From Antechinus flavipes (Eukaryota): 64,000 bases of DNA. The stretch lies in NCBI RefSeq assembly GCF_016432865.1, contig NC_067403.1, positions 252,836,001-252,900,000 on the forward strand, written 5' to 3'. The position numbers and the translations under genes are program-made. Positions 43,971 to 56,100 of the stretch are shown one piece after another. Numbering within the stretch: position 1 is the stretch's first letter; each line of letters starts with the position of its first letter. Under the pieces are notes generated by a model that searched no databases, was not told where the DNA came from, and saw only the letters and a program-made list of their open reading frames with translations.

Positions 43971-45994
43971 TTGTGATCCAAAGCAATGGACTAGAGCACT
44001 TGCCCTCTCTAAGACATCTTTGGCCCTGGATCCTGGGGAGAGGGTGGGGTTCCTTTCTGCCCTGGGATACTCCCGCCTCAGGACGAAGGGAGCGGCTACA
44101 AGGCACCTCAGCAGCAAGGCCTGTCTCTGCCTTTCTGTTGCCCTGAACGAGATGGATTGAAATGCAAGGCATGCTGGGATGTCCCAGGTGGAGGCCCCTT
44201 AGGACATAAACCAGAGAAGACGGGCCTTCGAGGAGAGCTGGGGAGGCTGGGGGAGGACCGAAGGGAGGGAGAGCCTGTGACTTCTGCAGCCCCTCATCTG
44301 AGGCTGTGTCTAGCCTGAGCTCCAGGCCTGAGCTGCAGCAGGATTAAAGCCGAAGAGTCTGAGCTAAATCGGTACCTGCAGGATGAGCCTTCAGAGGAGG
44401 CGGAGGTGGGGGAGGGCTGGCGTCAGCTGCCTCACTGAGGCACAGGCTGATCTGGGCTGGGGACCGCGGGGCTGATCGGGGAGAGTGGGGGGGGAACAGG
44501 TCTGGGAGGAGCGGCCGCCCCCCAGCTTGGGTAAGGCAGGGAGGTACAGTCTCCATCCCTCCCCCCAGGAAAAATATCAGTATGAGGGCTGATGTGAGAG
44601 CCAGAGGGCCACCGAATGTCACAGCTGGGAGAGCTGTAGGAGCTGGAAGGGGCCTTAGAACACAGATTCCAGAACGTTAGAACTGAAGAAGATGCTCGAG
44701 ATCACCTCATCTGGGTTCCCCACCTGGGACCATAGAACTCCCTGGGTCTGGGAAGGGCCTTCGGTCCCACAGACGCCGGTGGGTAAAACTTTTCCTTTTT
44801 ATTTTCACTCACCCGGGACTTCCTTTGGGATCCTTTGTAAACACGGTTCGGAGGAAAGGTCCCTTTCTCCCGACTGACTGCCCGGGGTCCCGGACACATA
44901 AAAGATGTGGCTCCGTCCAATGCTGTCATTTCATAGCTCGTGACTCCTCCTTGGACCACGCTTTGGTTTCTCTTCTTCAAATGCAGAGATTGGATGAGAT
45001 GTTAACTGAGGTTCGTTATTCCCATTTTACAGGTGAGGAAACTGAGGCAAACAGAAGTCCTGACTAGTGCGAGGATTTTTAAGGGTGTGATTTGCCCAAA
45101 GTCACCCGAGCTTAAACCTCAGTTTCCCCAGTGATGAGATGAGAGAGTTAGACTTTAAGCTTCCCTCCTGCAAGGTTCACTGATGCAAATCAACAGGATG
45201 TGAAAAAACAACAGAGAAAAGAGGATTCTGGAAGGCAGAGGCGGGTCATTCGTCTCAGGGAGCCGCCAGACCAGAGCCCAGGCTTCCTCAGCCAGCCCGG
45301 GTGGGCAGCCCTCCACCTTGGCCGTCTCTCCATCCCCTCTCCTCACCCTGCCAGGAAAGAGCCTCCATCCTGGGTCTTTTCATGTTGAAATCTCAGCTGC
45401 CTCAGCTCCCGGGCGTCAGGATTCTGGGCTCCTGCAGGGAGCACCTGGGCCCAGAGAGCTCTCCCAGAATAAATAAAAGTCCTCCATGCTGATAGCGGGG
45501 GGCCGGGGGCTCAGAGAGAGTCAGGCAGGAACCGAGACCATCGGAGAGACCTCACCGCACGGAAGGCACCGAGAGCAGAGGGGCAGAGGACGGCCATGGA
45601 GTGGGGGTCTCGAGTGCTGGGCCCTCAGGGCCAAACCGGGCAGTCCTGCCCAAGAGGCTGATGGGGGAGGAAATGCATGGGGGCCTTTTACAAACCAGGC
45701 GGCTCTAAGATCTTTCAACCCTGGATCTATAATCGAAAATCTATAATCTAATCTATAATCCTATCAAGAGCATCAGATATCCCATGTCACTCTGTGCTGC
45801 GTCTAATCCTTCCTGCAGACCATGAGCTGGAAGCCCTTCTCCATCTGGGACTTTTCCAGCATTATCTCCCCTCCAGGCACGCCATTCTCTACCAAAGGGG
45901 GGTCTTCTGTTCTGGGGACTCGGCCTGTATTTCACCACCTCCACACCTTTGTCCCCACGGTCCTTTACCACCTCTTTGCCAGATTCATCCCTTG

Positions 45995-46180
45995 TTACTG
46001 TTGCTTGCTTGTTTTTCAGTCGTGTCCAACTCTTTATGACTCAATTTGCGATTTTTTTTTTTTTTTGGTAAAGATACTGGGGTGATTTGCCATTTCCTTC
46101 TCCAGGTTATTTTCCAGATGAGGAAACTGAGACAAATGGGATTAACTGACTTTTCTATGGTAAGTGTGATTTGAATTCCG
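45995..46180 (-). mobile_element. MAR1-type SINE
   Basis: TTCAGTCGTGTCCAACTC...TTTGCCATTTCCTTCTCCAG..GAGGAAACTGAG. Confidence 0.7.
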
Positions 46181-47529
46181 GAAGGTGAATCTGGATGCCC
46201 TATCGTGAGCCCCTGCTTATCTTTTAAAGCTTTAAAGCCCACCTCAAGGGCCGAGATCCCCCACCGGTAAAGCCCTTGCCCAAGACCCACCATGAGCAAG
46301 GTCTTTCCTCCGTGGCCCCCTTGGCCTCGGATTTCATCCTGCCTGTGACTGGAGAGAACGCCCTGGGCCCGCTCTGCGGTCTCCGCTCTTGGGGTCTTGC
46401 ACGTGACGCCGAGAGGGGACGGGCTGGAGTTCAGGGGCCCAGCCCGGTCGGCTGTGCTTGGCCTTGGGCCGGCTCTTTCCTGCTGTCCCGCCGCTGCCCT
46501 TCTCAGTGACCAGTTTGTATTCTAGGGCCCGGGAGCTCTGGGCCGAGCCGGCGGCGGCTCAGGTCCCGTCCCCTCCCGCCCCCCACCTCAAAGCTCTTCT
46601 GGACTCGGGCTCACAGAGCGCAAGTGGCAGGTGGAACGAGGAGCGCGAGGAATTAAAATGAGCAGATTAATCAGGACGAATACATGAATTTGAATGCGTG
46701 GAAATGGCCCGGATCCTCCAAGGCCCAGGCTAACCCCTGATTCGGGAGCCCTTTGGGAACCTAGCCTGGCTCCACCACATGACAGACGCCAGCTTCGACA
46801 GGCTAAAAATAAAGGTCAGTTCTCGTTATTCTCATTGTATTATTATTTCAGCCTCTGGATGAGAGAAGTTCTCAGACCACAAATGAGATAATATTCACTC
46901 TGACAAGGTCTGCCGCCATTTACAGCGTTTCCTCGGCCAGAAGGGAAACTGAGGTTCGGTGACATGCGTGACTTGTCCATCCTTTATTTTGGCCCTTGGG
47001 ATGAGGTGACTCGGGCCCTCCGAGCTGTGGGGCTGCTGCTCCCCCGCCTCGTGCCCCCGGGATCATGCTTTTGTTGTGAACATGTCTCCCCCTTAGAGGG
47101 ATGTGACTGCTCAGGGGAGCGTGCTCTGCTTCCCCTCCGCAGCTCGAACGCTGTCAATGATACAAGGCACCTGGTGGTTTGGGTTTTGTTGTTTGTTTTT
47201 AACAAAAATAACAAGGAATTAAACAAGGTCTTAAGGTTGACAGAGCAACGTGCACGTGCCACTCACCATCTTGGATCCTCACGAAACCCCTGGTGGGCAG
47301 GTGCTCCAGGTAAGGCCATTTTACAGATGAGGAGGCTGAGGCTCAGAAACAGAACACACAGTTATTAAAAGTCAGATACTTGCAGCGCAAGTGGGGGCTG
47401 GGCCCTCTGAACACCTGTGTCGCAGTGCCGGGCACCTGACGGCTGATTAGTGCTGTTAAAGGAAGGCTTAGGTTTGGGGCAGGGACCAAGAAGGGCAGGG
47501 TTTCTCACCTACTCATTGGATGGGGGCCC

Positions 47530-47827
47530 CAGCTCAGGGAGGGAGGGGGCCTGAGTTCAGGGAGGGAGGGGGCCTGAGTTCAGGGAGGGAGGGGGCCCGA
47601 GCTCAGGGAGGGAAGGGGCCCGAGCTCAGGGAGGGAGGGGGCCTGAGTTCAGGGAGGGAAGGGGCCTGAGCTCAGAGAGGGAGGGGGCCCGAGCTCAGGG
47701 AGGGAGGGGGCCTGAGTTCAGGGAGGGAGGGGGCCTGAGTTCAGGGAGGGAGGGGGCCTGAGCTCAGGGAGGGAAGGGGCCCGAGCTCAGGGAGGGAGGG
47801 GGCCCGAGCTCAGGGAGGGAGGGGGCC
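47530..47827. repeat. 23-bp G-rich minisatellite, 13 copies
   Basis: GAG(C/T)TCAGGGAGGGA(G/A)GGGGCC(T/C). Confidence 0.95.
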
Positions 47828-48899
47828 AGTCCCACTTCACTCAGCAGAGAAGGAAAATAAAGGCAGCCTCAGCGGAGTCGGGAGAGGCGGCAGGAGCTGT
47901 CCATCTGGCTTTGCACCCCAGAGCCCTGACACACCGAAGCTGGCCACGAGGTGTCGCCACCCGGCCAAAAAGCACCGAGTGACCGAGTCCATCCCGCCCC
48001 GGGAGCACAGATTCTCAGGAAAGCTTCCTCCCGCGTCCTCTTAGGTCCCAGAGACCCCCAGGGGCAAGGAGCTGCTATTACTCTCCTTAGCCGGGGAGGG
48101 GGGGTCTCCTTGGCCCCCTGCCCAGGGTCCTGAACCTACCTGGCGACCGGCTGTGCTTGGCTCTGAATCTGAATGCGGACACAGAGCTGAGCTGGGCTGG
48201 AAGGGGCAGAGGGGCAGGGGGAGTTCTCTGGAGCCCAGAGGAGGGCAGGGACTGGCCCAAGATCACTCAGGCAGAAAATAACAGAGCTGGGACCCTGCAC
48301 TCCATGTTTCTAGTCAATCAACCAACATAGATTTATGAAGCACCTACTATGTGCCAAGCCCTGTAACCAGCCAGGACTGAGGAAACCCCATCCCTGCCCC
48401 CGGTAAAAGTCTGTACAAAATAAACCACAAGCCTCCATCTGGGAGGGTGGAGGAGGAGCGCAGACAGGAAAGGCTTGGGGTCCACCATCCGATATTCTTG
48501 GACTCTTGTTTGGCTTTCGAGGCCCTCCCCGGTCTGATCTCACAATTCTGTTTTAACTCCCACCCGTGTCAATTCTCTCCACAGATTTTCTGTACCAAGC
48601 CGGAGTGTAGACGACTACAGAAGCAGTCGCTGGAGTAGTCGCTTTCCTGCATTTTCCTAACCTTGTGTTTTTGCTGCCTCTCCTTCTTGCCTGTGAAATG
48701 AGTGCCCTCTGCATGTAAGTCCATTTCAAATAGAAGCTCCTTCCGGAAGCACCAAAATGCCCTCAGACCTCACCGAGTCCTTCATCCCTCCCGAAAGCTC
48801 TTAATGTATTATTACTGGGAACAAACATTGGCTGCGTTTGCACCTTAGCTCTTTATTGGAGCTAGAATCAAGTCTGATCTAAAATTTGTTTTCGCAAAA

Positions 48900-49770
48900 A
48901 AAAAAAAAATTGCTTTCTCATGCACATCAGGACAATGCTGAGGTCCCACCTCGCACCTGTCAGACTGGCTAAGATGCCAGGAAGAAATGATCATAAATGT
49001 TAGAGGGGATGTGGGAAATGGGATACTAATTGTTGGTGGAGTTGTGAACTGGCCCAACCACTCTGGAGAGCGATCTGGAGCTATGCCCTTTGACCCAGCA
49101 GTGCCGTTACTGGGTCTGTATCCCAAGGAGATCATAAAGGAGGGAAGAAGACCCATATGTGCAAAAATGTCTGTAGCAGCCCTAAGGAACTGGAAATTAA
49201 GTGGATGTCGGTCATTCAGGGAATGGTTAAATAAATTACAGTGTGTGTGTGTGTGTAATAGAATATTATTGTCCTGTAAGAAATGATGAGCAGGCTGATT
49301 TCAGAAAACCTGGAAAGACTCACATGAACTGATGAGGAGGGAAGTGAGCAGAACCAGGAGAACATCGTACCCAGGAAACAACAAGATTATGTGATGATCA
49401 ACTGTGATGGACTCGGCTCTTCCCGACAGCGGGGTGATTCAAGGCAATTCCAATTAACTTAGGATGGGAAACGCCATTTGCATCGAGAGAGAGAACTATG
49501 GAAACTGTGGATCAAAGCCTAGCGTGGTTGCCTTGTTGTTTGTTGATTTCTTTTTTCTTTCTTTTTTTTTTCCCTTTCGGTCTGATTTTTCTTGCACAAC
49601 ATGACAATTATGGATCTACGTCTAAAAGGATAGTGCATATTTAACCTATATCAGATTTCTTGCTGCCTCGTGGAGGGGGGAGGTAAGGAAAGAAGGGAGG
49701 GAAATTACCAAGACGAATACCGAACACTGTCTTTACATGTGTTTGGAAAAATAAGATGCTGTTGAGAGAG
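48900..49770 (+). mobile_element. Old L1 ORF2 tail and 3'UTR
   Basis: [16 protein letters not shown]...ICAKM translation; 3'UTR similarity. Confidence 0.8.
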
Positions 49771-49995
49771 AAAGCTCAAGTTTGCTTTCTCTCTCCAGCT
49801 CCGGTCCAAGACTTTACTTATAGTAGGTGATTAATGAAATGAATTAAGTGAATTGAGTTTGCTGGATTGAATTGAAACGTCCAGAGGCGGATGTGAGTCT
49901 CCCGGGTCTGCAAAACCCCTGCCCATCTGTATCCCTCCATTCTCTCTGCACACTGGACCCCAGGGGAAGCTGATTCCCAAGGTGTTTGGAAGCTG

Positions 49996-50022
49996 GTTGC
50001 TAAGCAGCCGTTGCCCAGCAAC
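49996..50022. promoter_or_regulatory. Tandem RFX X-boxes, probable PPP1R32 promoter
   Basis: GTTGCTAAGCAGC (49996-50008) and GTTGCCCAGCAAC (50010-50022) fit GTNRCY-N-RGYAAC (the first with one mismatch). Confidence 0.75.
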
Positions 50023-50029
50023 CGATTGT

Positions 50030-50173
50030 CGCTTTTCAAGCCCAGCCTTCCAGTGCCTCTAGGGAGGGGCCAGCCAGTTCGCTGCGGCTTCCGCTAAAGG
50101 CAGCTCCTTTCCCCTGACTCTCGGGCTCCTCCCGGGTGTCCCTGTCCCTGTCACTCAGAGCCACGAAACACAG
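50030..50173 (+). other. PPP1R32: Probable non-coding first exon of PPP1R32 (5' end approximate)
   Basis: Consensus donor CAG|GTAAGA at 50174 just downstream of the X-boxes; the ATG exon begins with an acceptor, so an upstream exon is required. Confidence 0.6.
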
Positions 50174-51234
50174 GTAAGACAATGGGCCTGGCTCCGCCTC
50201 CCGTGGAGTATCCCCAGCAAGAAGCCTGAGGGAAGGCCCCAGGAAACCCCAGAGGCTGACAGGAAAGTGCCTTCGAGCTAGAGTCCCTGCAAGGCAGGCA
50301 GCTCCCCCTGCCACTCACTCCATCCTTGGGTTCAACCAGTCTGAAATGAGCTCGAGTTCTGGGTGGCTACGTGAGCAGAGGCAGCCCTACCCTCACAACA
50401 GAAAGGGGAGAAGACATGACATAGTGGAGAAATAAAGGCAGAAATTACAGGGAACTCTGGGTCTGGGGTCTTGAGGATCCCTTTGGAGACCCGGGTTCCA
50501 GGGCTACCTTAACCGGGCTTGTGATTGGGGGCCATGTTATCTTGCCTCTCCGAGTGTTCGTTCAAATAGGGAGAAAACCACCGTGCTTTCCTAACAGGGC
50601 AGTCTGAGGACACTCCTTTGGGGAGTTCTGTAGTCCAGTTGTGTTCCCTCTTCGAGGCTCTGCCATTGTATGGGTCCTTAGGAGGCGCCCAGGCTTTGGG
50701 TGGTATAACCTCCTGCGGTTCCCCAGATGGCTCCTTCCCTGGACTGCGGACGCCGTCTGCCTCTAAATTCTGACTTGGGGATTCTGGGTAAAAGAACCTG
50801 CTGGTTATGGGGGGCAAAACCTTCCAGAGCCCGGGATTACCACAAAGAGGGAATCCAAGGAAGACCAATGAAAATTAGTGCTAACGGCCACCATCCATTT
50901 AGCTAGGCCGGAGCGTGAGTAAATGAACCAAGCATTTATTAAGCACCTTCTAGTTGCAAAGAAAGCACTGTACTAACCCCCCTGGAGGAAACAATTAGGA
51001 GGGGGAAAAAAAAAGGCTGAGCCAGTTCTAAGACTAATGGGGAATTCCAAGGGATTTATTGTAATAGAGGATTTTACAGATATCTATAAGGATAAGGAAT
51101 AAGCATTTGTTAAGCACAGATTTTCTTTTTCCATTTGATCTTCACTGATAATCTCATAAGGGAGGGTCATAGATTTGGACTTGAAAAGTACATCGGAAGC
51201 CATCTGTTCTCCTCTCTCCCTCCCCTTATAGTTT

Positions 51235-51600
51235 TTTCTATTTTTTTTTATGAATAGCTTTTTATTTAAAAAATACATGCAAAGATAGTTCTCAACATTC
51301 AAAATCCTACGTTCCCATTTTTTCTCCCTCCCTCCTCTCCTAGATAGCAAGTAATCCAATAGAGGTTAAACATGGGCCATTCTTCTAGGCCTATTTCCAC
51401 AATTATATTGCTGCACAAGAAAAATAAGATTAAAAGAGAAAAAAATGAGAAAAAAAGCGGGCAAAAGACAACAAAAGTGGTGAAAATGCTATGTTGTGAT
51501 CCACATTCAGTTCCCATAGTCCTTTGTCTGGATGTAGATGGTTCTCTTCATCCCAAATCTATGGGAATTGGTCTGAATTGAAAGAGCCAAGTCCATGGAA
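51235..51600 (-). mobile_element. L1 3'UTR fragment
   Basis: T tail followed by TAGATAGCAAGTAATCCAAT...GTTGTGATCCACATTCAGTTCCCATAG. Confidence 0.65.
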
Positions 51601-52512
51601 GTTGATGTTCCGCTCCCTTTGTTACATGTGGAGATTCCTGCCCAGAGAGACCAAATAACTTGCCCAAAGTCAAAGTCAAGGGTAGAAAGTGTCAAAGGCA
51701 AGATTGGAACCCAGGTCCTTTTCACCCAGAGCCATCTTTGCAGATGAGGACCCTGGGAGGGATCCAGTTCAGGCAGGATTACTCCCATTTTACGATTGAG
51801 AAAACTGAGGCACAGATCATGAAATGACACACCCGGGCTCACGGCTGGTCAGTCTGGTAAGATTCAAATCTGAGTCTCTGCTGACTTCAGGTGCGGGGTG
51901 TTGGTCGAGGGGACCCTCCTGCCCTGGACTTGGAATCAGAGATCAGACCGAACGAAGAAGCCTTGATGAAGTACCGACTGTGCCAGTGCTAAGCACTGGG
52001 GATGAAAAGAAAACCAGGACACAGCCCCTGCCCGGCTGCTCTCTGGGCCTCAGTATCCCCTGCTGCCAGCCGGCAGGTGCCTCGGGTGCCACACACTGGA
52101 CCAGACCGGGGGGGGGGGAATCCCTGTCCTCAAGAGACTTACATTTGACCAGGAGAGACGACACGTCCAGAAACGAATATGTGTAATATCAAAGGTCATT
52201 TTGGGAGGAGGCGGGGAGGAAGAGGGCACTGGCTGCCGGGCGATCCAGAAAGGATTTTATTGCAGTCAAACTTGAGCAGAATTTTGAAGGAAATTAGAAA
52301 TTCTAAGGGAGAGAGGGGATGCAATGCATTCCAGGCATTAGGAACTGCCAGGGCAAAAGTGCAGAGGTGGGAGATGGCATGTGGGCGGTGAGGGAAAGCA
52401 GGGAGGTCGAGGTGGGTGATCGCTAAAGGATTCCAGAATATCTCTGTCTGTTTATCTCTGTCTCACATTTATGAAATGTGGGTCTCACATTTATCTGCCT
52501 CACATTGTGTCT

Positions 52513-52827
52513 NNNNNNNNNNNNNNNNNNNNNNNNNNNNNNNNNNNNNNNNNNNNNNNNNNNNNNNNNNNNNNNNNNNNNNNNNNNNNNNNNNNNNNNN
52601 NNNNNNNNNNNNNNNNNNNNNNNNNNNNNNNNNNNNNNNNNNNNNNNNNNNNNNNNNNNNNNNNNNNNNNNNNNNNNNNNACATTCTCTCNNNNNNNNNN
52701 NNNNNNNNNNNNNNNNNNNNNNNNNNNNNNNNNNNNNNNNNNNNNNNNNNNNNNNNNNNNNNNNNNNNNNNNNNNNNNNNNNNNNNNNNNNNNNNNNNNN
52801 NNNNNNNNNNNNNNNNNNNNNNNNNNN
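52513..52827. other. Two assembly gaps separated by a 10-bp island (52681-52690)
   Basis: Ns in sequence. Confidence 1.
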
Positions 52828-53002
52828 CTCCCCTCCCTCTTTTCCTTCCTCCTTCCCTCTCTCTGTCTCTGTCTGTCCCCCTTTCTCTCTTCTCCCCCTT
52901 TACTAGTTTATCTAATCATGCAAAGCTAGTGCTGACTATTGATATCTCTTCCATGTGTCCCTATTTCCCAGGTGGACGTGGTGCTCGTTTCCTGCCGCCA
53001 AC

Positions 53003-53111
53003 ATGATGGGCAAACTGCCCCTAGGTGTTGTTTCCCCTTATGTGAAGATGAGTTCGGGGGGCTGTGCAGACCCCCTGAAATTTTATGCCACCAGCTACTG
53101 CACAGCCTACA
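53003..53111 (+). CDS. PPP1R32: PPP1R32 coding exon 1
   Basis: Acceptor TTTCCCAG| (exon starts 52972); GCCAACATGA start; A|GTAAGG donor. Confidence 0.95.
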
Positions 53112-56100
53112 GTAAGGGGCCCTGGCCGGACTCCCCCATGTCCCCATCCCTCCGTTCTCCCCCAGGGCACAGGGCACTTGATGGAAGGGGCAGCGGAAAG
53201 GGGGCCATCCCTATCCCCTTAACCCCGTCCCATTGTCCCCCTGCTTGCATCAGGCTGAACTTCAGAACATAGGCGTGTCATCGCCCCCAAACCCTTACAC
53301 TGAGAGTCGGAGCAGCCACGTTTGTCCAAGTGGGAGGGGGGCTGGATTTAGGGTCAGGGCCTGGGTGGGAATCCTGGCTCTTGCCGTGGCTGCTCACGTG
53401 GCTGTAGCAGAACCTGGTCTCTCTCGGCTCTTAACCTCTGGCCCTCAGTAGCCTCGGAGTGCTCTCGCGGCCCATGTCCTGTCCTGGTGAGCCTCATCAC
53501 ACCGACCTTTCCAGCTCCCAAAACCGCCCCTTGTCACCTTACACAGAGGACCCTCTCACGTGCCCCCCGGCCCTAATTACTCCGACCCACGGACTCCCCA
53601 TCGCTCACCCACACTGGCCTGGCTGGTCACAGTAGCTCACAGGGACCGGTGGGACCTTCGTGGCCCTTGTCTGTGACGGTCACGTGCGGGATTTCCAGGG
53701 ACGAGGTCAGAACCAAGGCCACCTTAAGCCAAATCTGAGGTTGCTTTTTAAAATAGTTTTTATTTTATTTAATTATATATATAAATAGCTTTTGTTTTCC
53801 ATTATCTCCCTTCCCACTCCCAGAAGAAAAACGAGAGGAAAAATCAATTCAACAAAACTAACGAACTAATTGATCGAGCCGCCATCTCCAGCATTCTCCC
53901 TCCAGCCCCTCCTCTGCAAAGGAAGAGGGAGCTTCTGGGGTTTATTGAATTACGTGCTTCCAAGTGGGCACAGTCACTCCCACAAGTGTCGTTGAGTCAT
54001 TCAGTCAGGTCCAACACTTTGCGCTCCCATTGGGGTTTGGGGGCAGAGATCCTGCCATTTCCTTCTCCAGCCCATGTCCCAGAGGAGGAAACTGAGGCAG
54101 ACAGGGTGAAGGGACTCGCCCGGGGACACACGGCCAGTGGTGTCTGAGGCTGCAGTGGGACTCAGGAAAAGTCCCCCCCGAGCTGCCCTAGCAAGTGGCT
54201 CCAAGAAAACGTATCTTTGTCTGACCTGAATAAAGCTGGCCCATCCCTGCTCCCCACGGGGTGGACAATGGCCAAGCAAGAACCCAAGTCCCACACGTGT
54301 GGCCCAGCAGGTTGAGGTCTTGGGCTGCTCTTCCAGTGAGACGGACCAAGGCGCTGCTCTTGGGTGGCTCCCGCCTGGCCAGCCTCAGAATGGAGGCGTG
54401 GCCGAAGGCAGGGGCGACAAGGACGGCCTCCCGCCCCTCAGGGAGCTCGCTCTGGTCACCCTCTCTGCAGTGGCTCCCCAGTGCCCCCCAGTACCCCCCG
54501 GTGCTCCCCAGTGCCCCCAGTACCCCCTATCCCAACAGCCCTCTCCCCGTGGCACAGGCACCAGGCCCGAGATCCACTCCTATCCTCTGGGCCCTGGCTC
54601 CCAGGAGCCCCTTCCTCCCCCACTGCTGCCCCCACAGGGTTCTGACGGCTCTTCTCTCCGGCAGGCCGGGAGGGTTTCAAGCCCCAAGTTTCTCAGCACA
54701 AGGGCACTGGTTACCAGTCGAATTACCGACCCATAGTCAGCTATCAGCCCAGCCTGGACACCCTGGATTCCCTGGACAATGCTGCTGCGGGGTAGGCCTT
54801 CGTCGCCTCCCCCCGTTCGTCCTCTCTGCCTCGGACATCGGGGTTCCCTGCCGAGGCTCATTATGGGACTGTAGGCGGTCTGAGGGTGGGTTTCTCCATC
54901 TGGACAACAGAGGGGTCAGACTCAGTGACCTCCAAGGGCCTCGGACTCGGGGTCAGACTCAGTGACCTCCAAGGGCCTCGGACTCGGGGTCAGACTCAGT
55001 GACCTCCAAGGGCCTCGGACTCGGGGTCAGACTCAGTGACCTCCAAGGGCCTCGGACTCGAGGTCAGACTCGATGACCTCCAAGGGCCTTGGACTTGGGA
55101 GTCAGAAAAGACCTAGATTTGCTTCTTAGTGGGTGCCCCTACAGGAGTGAAAGCTTCTCAATGGCTTTTGGGGGTTTTTTTGGCGAGGCAATTGAGGTTA
55201 AGTGGCTGCCCAGGGCCACACAACTAGTAAGTGTCAAGTGTCTGAGGCTGAATTTGAATTCAAGTCCTCCTGAAAATTCCGGTGCTCTGTCCACTGCACC
55301 ACTGAGCTGCCCAAGAAATGTTTTTTGCCTTTTTACATCTTCAGTGCTTAACCCAGAGTCGGGCATAAGTGCCTAATAAATATTGATTGATTGTTGAGTT
55401 AGGGCCCTGTCCCAGATGCTGCCGTTACCTATAGACAGTCACTCTTTTCTCCAAACCCCCATTTCTTCACCTGGAAAATGGGGAGAACAGCCCCTGTGGC
55501 GGGGTGCTTATCCAGCTCCTGGGAGAGAATGGACAGAGCATATGCTTTCAGGCACTCTGGAAATATTCCTGCAGGATGATATTCCGGGCCCCATCAACTA
55601 GTTAAGCACTTATTAAATACCTACTGCGCCAGTCCCTGGGGTTGGAGCAGATACTTTCCCCTCAGGGTCTGGGGAAGCAGGAGGAGCGGGTTCCAGGGTA
55701 GGTCTCACCACCTCAGGCTGGGGAGGGCATTCTCTTCGCCCCACTTCTGCCGCATCTACCCACGCTGAGCAGTCACCCTGCGCCAGACCGGACATCTCAC
55801 CCCAATCCACTGTCAGCTTGTTCCGGGTCACGTGGCGGGGAGGGAGCCTTGGGAAGTGGAGGACTCTGGGCAGGAGCTTCTTGGGAAGTGGAGGACTCGG
55901 GGTGGGAGCCTTGGGAAGTGGAGGACTCAGGGCGGGGGAGCCTTGGGAAGTGGAGGACTTGGGGGGGGAGCCTTGGGAATTGGAGGACTTGGGGCAGGAG
56001 CTGCTTGGGAAGTGGAGGACTCGGGTTGGGAGCCTTGGGAAGTGGAGGACTCTGGATGGGAACTTCTTGGGAAGTGGAGGACTCAGGGTGGGAGCCTTGG

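Noticed and set aside
42777-44172. ORFs of 321-446 aa
   Set aside because: Mostly X residues spanning an N gap; the same applies at 30771, 33635 and 52416
52681-52690. 10-bp sequence island between two gaps
   Set aside because: Scaffolding or gap-filling artefact in a microsatellite region
53687-53696. NF-kB consensus GGGGATTTCC (also near 7982) and GAS-like TTCCGGGAA at 15799
   Set aside because: Short motifs expected several times by chance in 64 kb, with no independent support
20582-54665. In-frame SDHAF2 exon 3 to PPP1R32 read-through chimera (both phase 1)
   Set aside because: Phase compatibility alone is not evidence; SDHAF2 has its own AATAAA, and splicing to the 52972 exon hits a stop
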